Under the pieces are notes generated by a model that saw nothing but the letters and a program-made list of their open reading frames with translations, was not told where the DNA came from and made no database searches. The position numbers and the translations under genes were made by a program. Positions 62,838-64,000 of a DNA stretch of 64,000 nt are shown here, piece by piece. Source of the stretch: an uncultured bacterium (lineage in GTDB: Bacteria > Babelota > Babeliae > Babelales > Babelaceae); assembly GCA_963722385.1 (NCBI GenBank), contig CAVRKK010000002.1, positions 1,152,001 through 1,216,000 of the forward strand, given 5' to 3'. Numbering within the stretch: position 1 is the stretch's first letter; every line of letters starts with the position of its first letter.

Positions 62838-63152
62838 ATGATGCGCGTAAGAAAAAATGATACGGTGGTGGTTTTGACCGGTAAAGACAGAGGCAAGCGT
62901 GGTAAAGTGTTGGCGGTGAATCCTACGACGGGCAGGGTGATGGTCCAAGGCGTAGCAATCGTGACGCGTCATACGAAAGCACGTCGTATGGGTGAAACTT
63001 CTGGTATTCGTAAGAAAGAAGCTTTTATTGATCTGTCAAAGGTTATGCCTTTTTGTGCTGCTTGTCAGAAGCCAAGCCGTGTTAACTTTAAAGTTTCTGA
63101 CGATCGGGCGCACAAAGTGCGCATATGCAATCGATGTAAGGGTACATTATAA
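62838..63152 (+). CDS. rplX: 50S ribosomal protein L24
   Basis: D.V.V..GKDRGK.GKV KOW motif; CxxC...CxxC. Confidence 0.97.
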   Translation: MMRVRKNDTVVVLTGKDRGKRGKVLAVNPTTGRVMVQGVAIVTRHTKARRMGETSGIRKKEAFIDLSKVMPFCAACQKPSRVNFKVSDDRAHKVRICNRCKGTL

Positions 63153-63161
63153 AGGATAACT

Positions 63162-63701
63162 ATGCCAAAGCCTCGTTTAGAAGAGCTTTATGTAAAAACT
63201 ATTAGGCCTGAATTAAAAGAAAAGCTTAAGCTTAATATTATGGAAGTGCCTAAGATTACCAAGATTGTATTGAACGTTGGGGTCAAGGAAGCAGTGGCTG
63301 ATAGCAGAGCGCTGCAATCGGTTGCGCAGGTTCTTGGATTGATTGCTGCTCAGGCACCGGTCAGACGGGCTGCGCGGAAGTCTATTGCGGGATTTAAGAT
63401 TCGCGAGGGCATGCAGCTTGGTGTTATGGTAACGTTGCGCGGTCAACGCATGTATAGCTTTCTTGATAAACTTATTAGTTTGGCATTGCCAAAGGTCCGT
63501 GATTTTCATGGAGTGCCGACGCGCTTTGATGGCCGCGGTAATTATAATTTAGGAATTAAAGATTGGACCGTCTTTCCAGAGGCTGATTCTTTGTCGGCTG
63601 ATAAAAGCCATGGCATGAATATTACCATCGCAACGTCAGCAATAAGCGACGAGCATGGGTTGGAGCTTCTGAAGAGTTTTGGCATGCCGTTTCAAAAATA
63701 A
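63162..63701 (+). CDS. rplE: 50S ribosomal protein L5
   Basis: [23 protein letters not shown]. Confidence 0.98.
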   Translation: MPKPRLEELYVKTIRPELKEKLKLNIMEVPKITKIVLNVGVKEAVADSRALQSVAQVLGLIAAQAPVRRAARKSIAGFKIREGMQLGVMVTLRGQRMYSFLDKLISLALPKVRDFHGVPTRFDGRGNYNLGIKDWTVFPEADSLSADKSHGMNITIATSAISDEHGLELLKSFGMPFQK

Positions 63702-63718
63702 TAAAGCAAGGAATATTC

Positions 63719-63904
63719 ATGGCTCGTAAAGCTCTTATAGAAAAATCAAGACAGACGCCGAAATTTAAGGTTCAGCATAGAAACCGCTGTATGCTCTGCG
63801 GCAGGCCTCGTGGCTACATCCGAATTTTTAAAATGTGCCGGCTCTGTTTTCGCCATAATGCGTCGTTCGGGCTGCTTCCCGGTGTCAAGAAAACTAGTTG
63901 GTAA
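63719..63904 (+). CDS. rpsN: 30S ribosomal protein S14, zinc-binding type
   Basis: 61 aa; RCMLCGRPR...MCRLC; ends SW. Confidence 0.97.
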   Translation: MARKALIEKSRQTPKFKVQHRNRCMLCGRPRGYIRIFKMCRLCFRHNASFGLLPGVKKTSW

Positions 63905-63919
63905 CGAGAGAGGATTGTA

Positions 63920-64000
63920 ATGTCAGTTGATGCGATTGGTGATTTTTTAACGATTATTCGCAATGGGATTAGGGCTTCGCGCCCCTCAGTGAAGGCCCCT
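63920..64000 (+). CDS. rpsH: 30S ribosomal protein S8, N-terminal part (runs off window)
   Basis: MSVDAIGDFLTIIRNG; operon position. Confidence 0.93.
   Translation, partial: MSVDAIGDFLTIIRNGIRASRPSVKAP

Noticed and set aside
53127..64000. Antisense and alternate-frame ORFs over ribosomal and other core genes
   Set aside because: Shadow ORFs of conserved genes with no motifs
1..64000. Alternative genetic code; tRNA or rRNA genes
   Set aside because: TGA, TAA and TAG all end conserved genes at expected lengths; no cloverleaf or rRNA motifs recognised by eye

Overview
A 64-kb bacterial chromosomal window, standard genetic code. Ankyrin and beta-propeller repeat proteins, many signal-peptide ORFans and a eukaryote-like ubiquitin point to an intracellular protist-associated bacterium, probably Candidatus Dependentiae/Babelota (inference only). 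Core genes: tmk, holB-like, dciA-like, murG, PBP1A, ffh-rpsP-khpA-trmD(fusion)-rplS, murC, yidC-recR-pepP, galE, nhaC-family, rplM, cfa, rseP, and a contiguous str-S10-spc cluster (53.1-64 kb). Accessory content: (1) an apparently intact IscB/omegaRNA element ending at the RBS of a 1368-aa modular ankyrin gene; (2) a secreted ubiquitin mimic lacking the terminal Gly-Gly; (3) a ~6.5-kb composite transposon of two inverted, divergent ISKra4 elements carrying a 21-blade beta-propeller membrane protein, bounded by a 9-bp target duplication partly hidden by a later ISAs1 insertion; (4) two inverted copies of a ~320-400-bp hairpin-rich non-coding element; (5) two HicAB modules, one with the toxin split by a 378-bp mini-IS982, plus an MNT-HEPN pair; (6) a candidate 6S RNA; (7) TnpB, IS256, HEPN and propeller relics. 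Four putative effectors have Met (three Met-Glu) right after the predicted signal-peptidase site. No rRNA, tRNA or CRISPR array was recognised.
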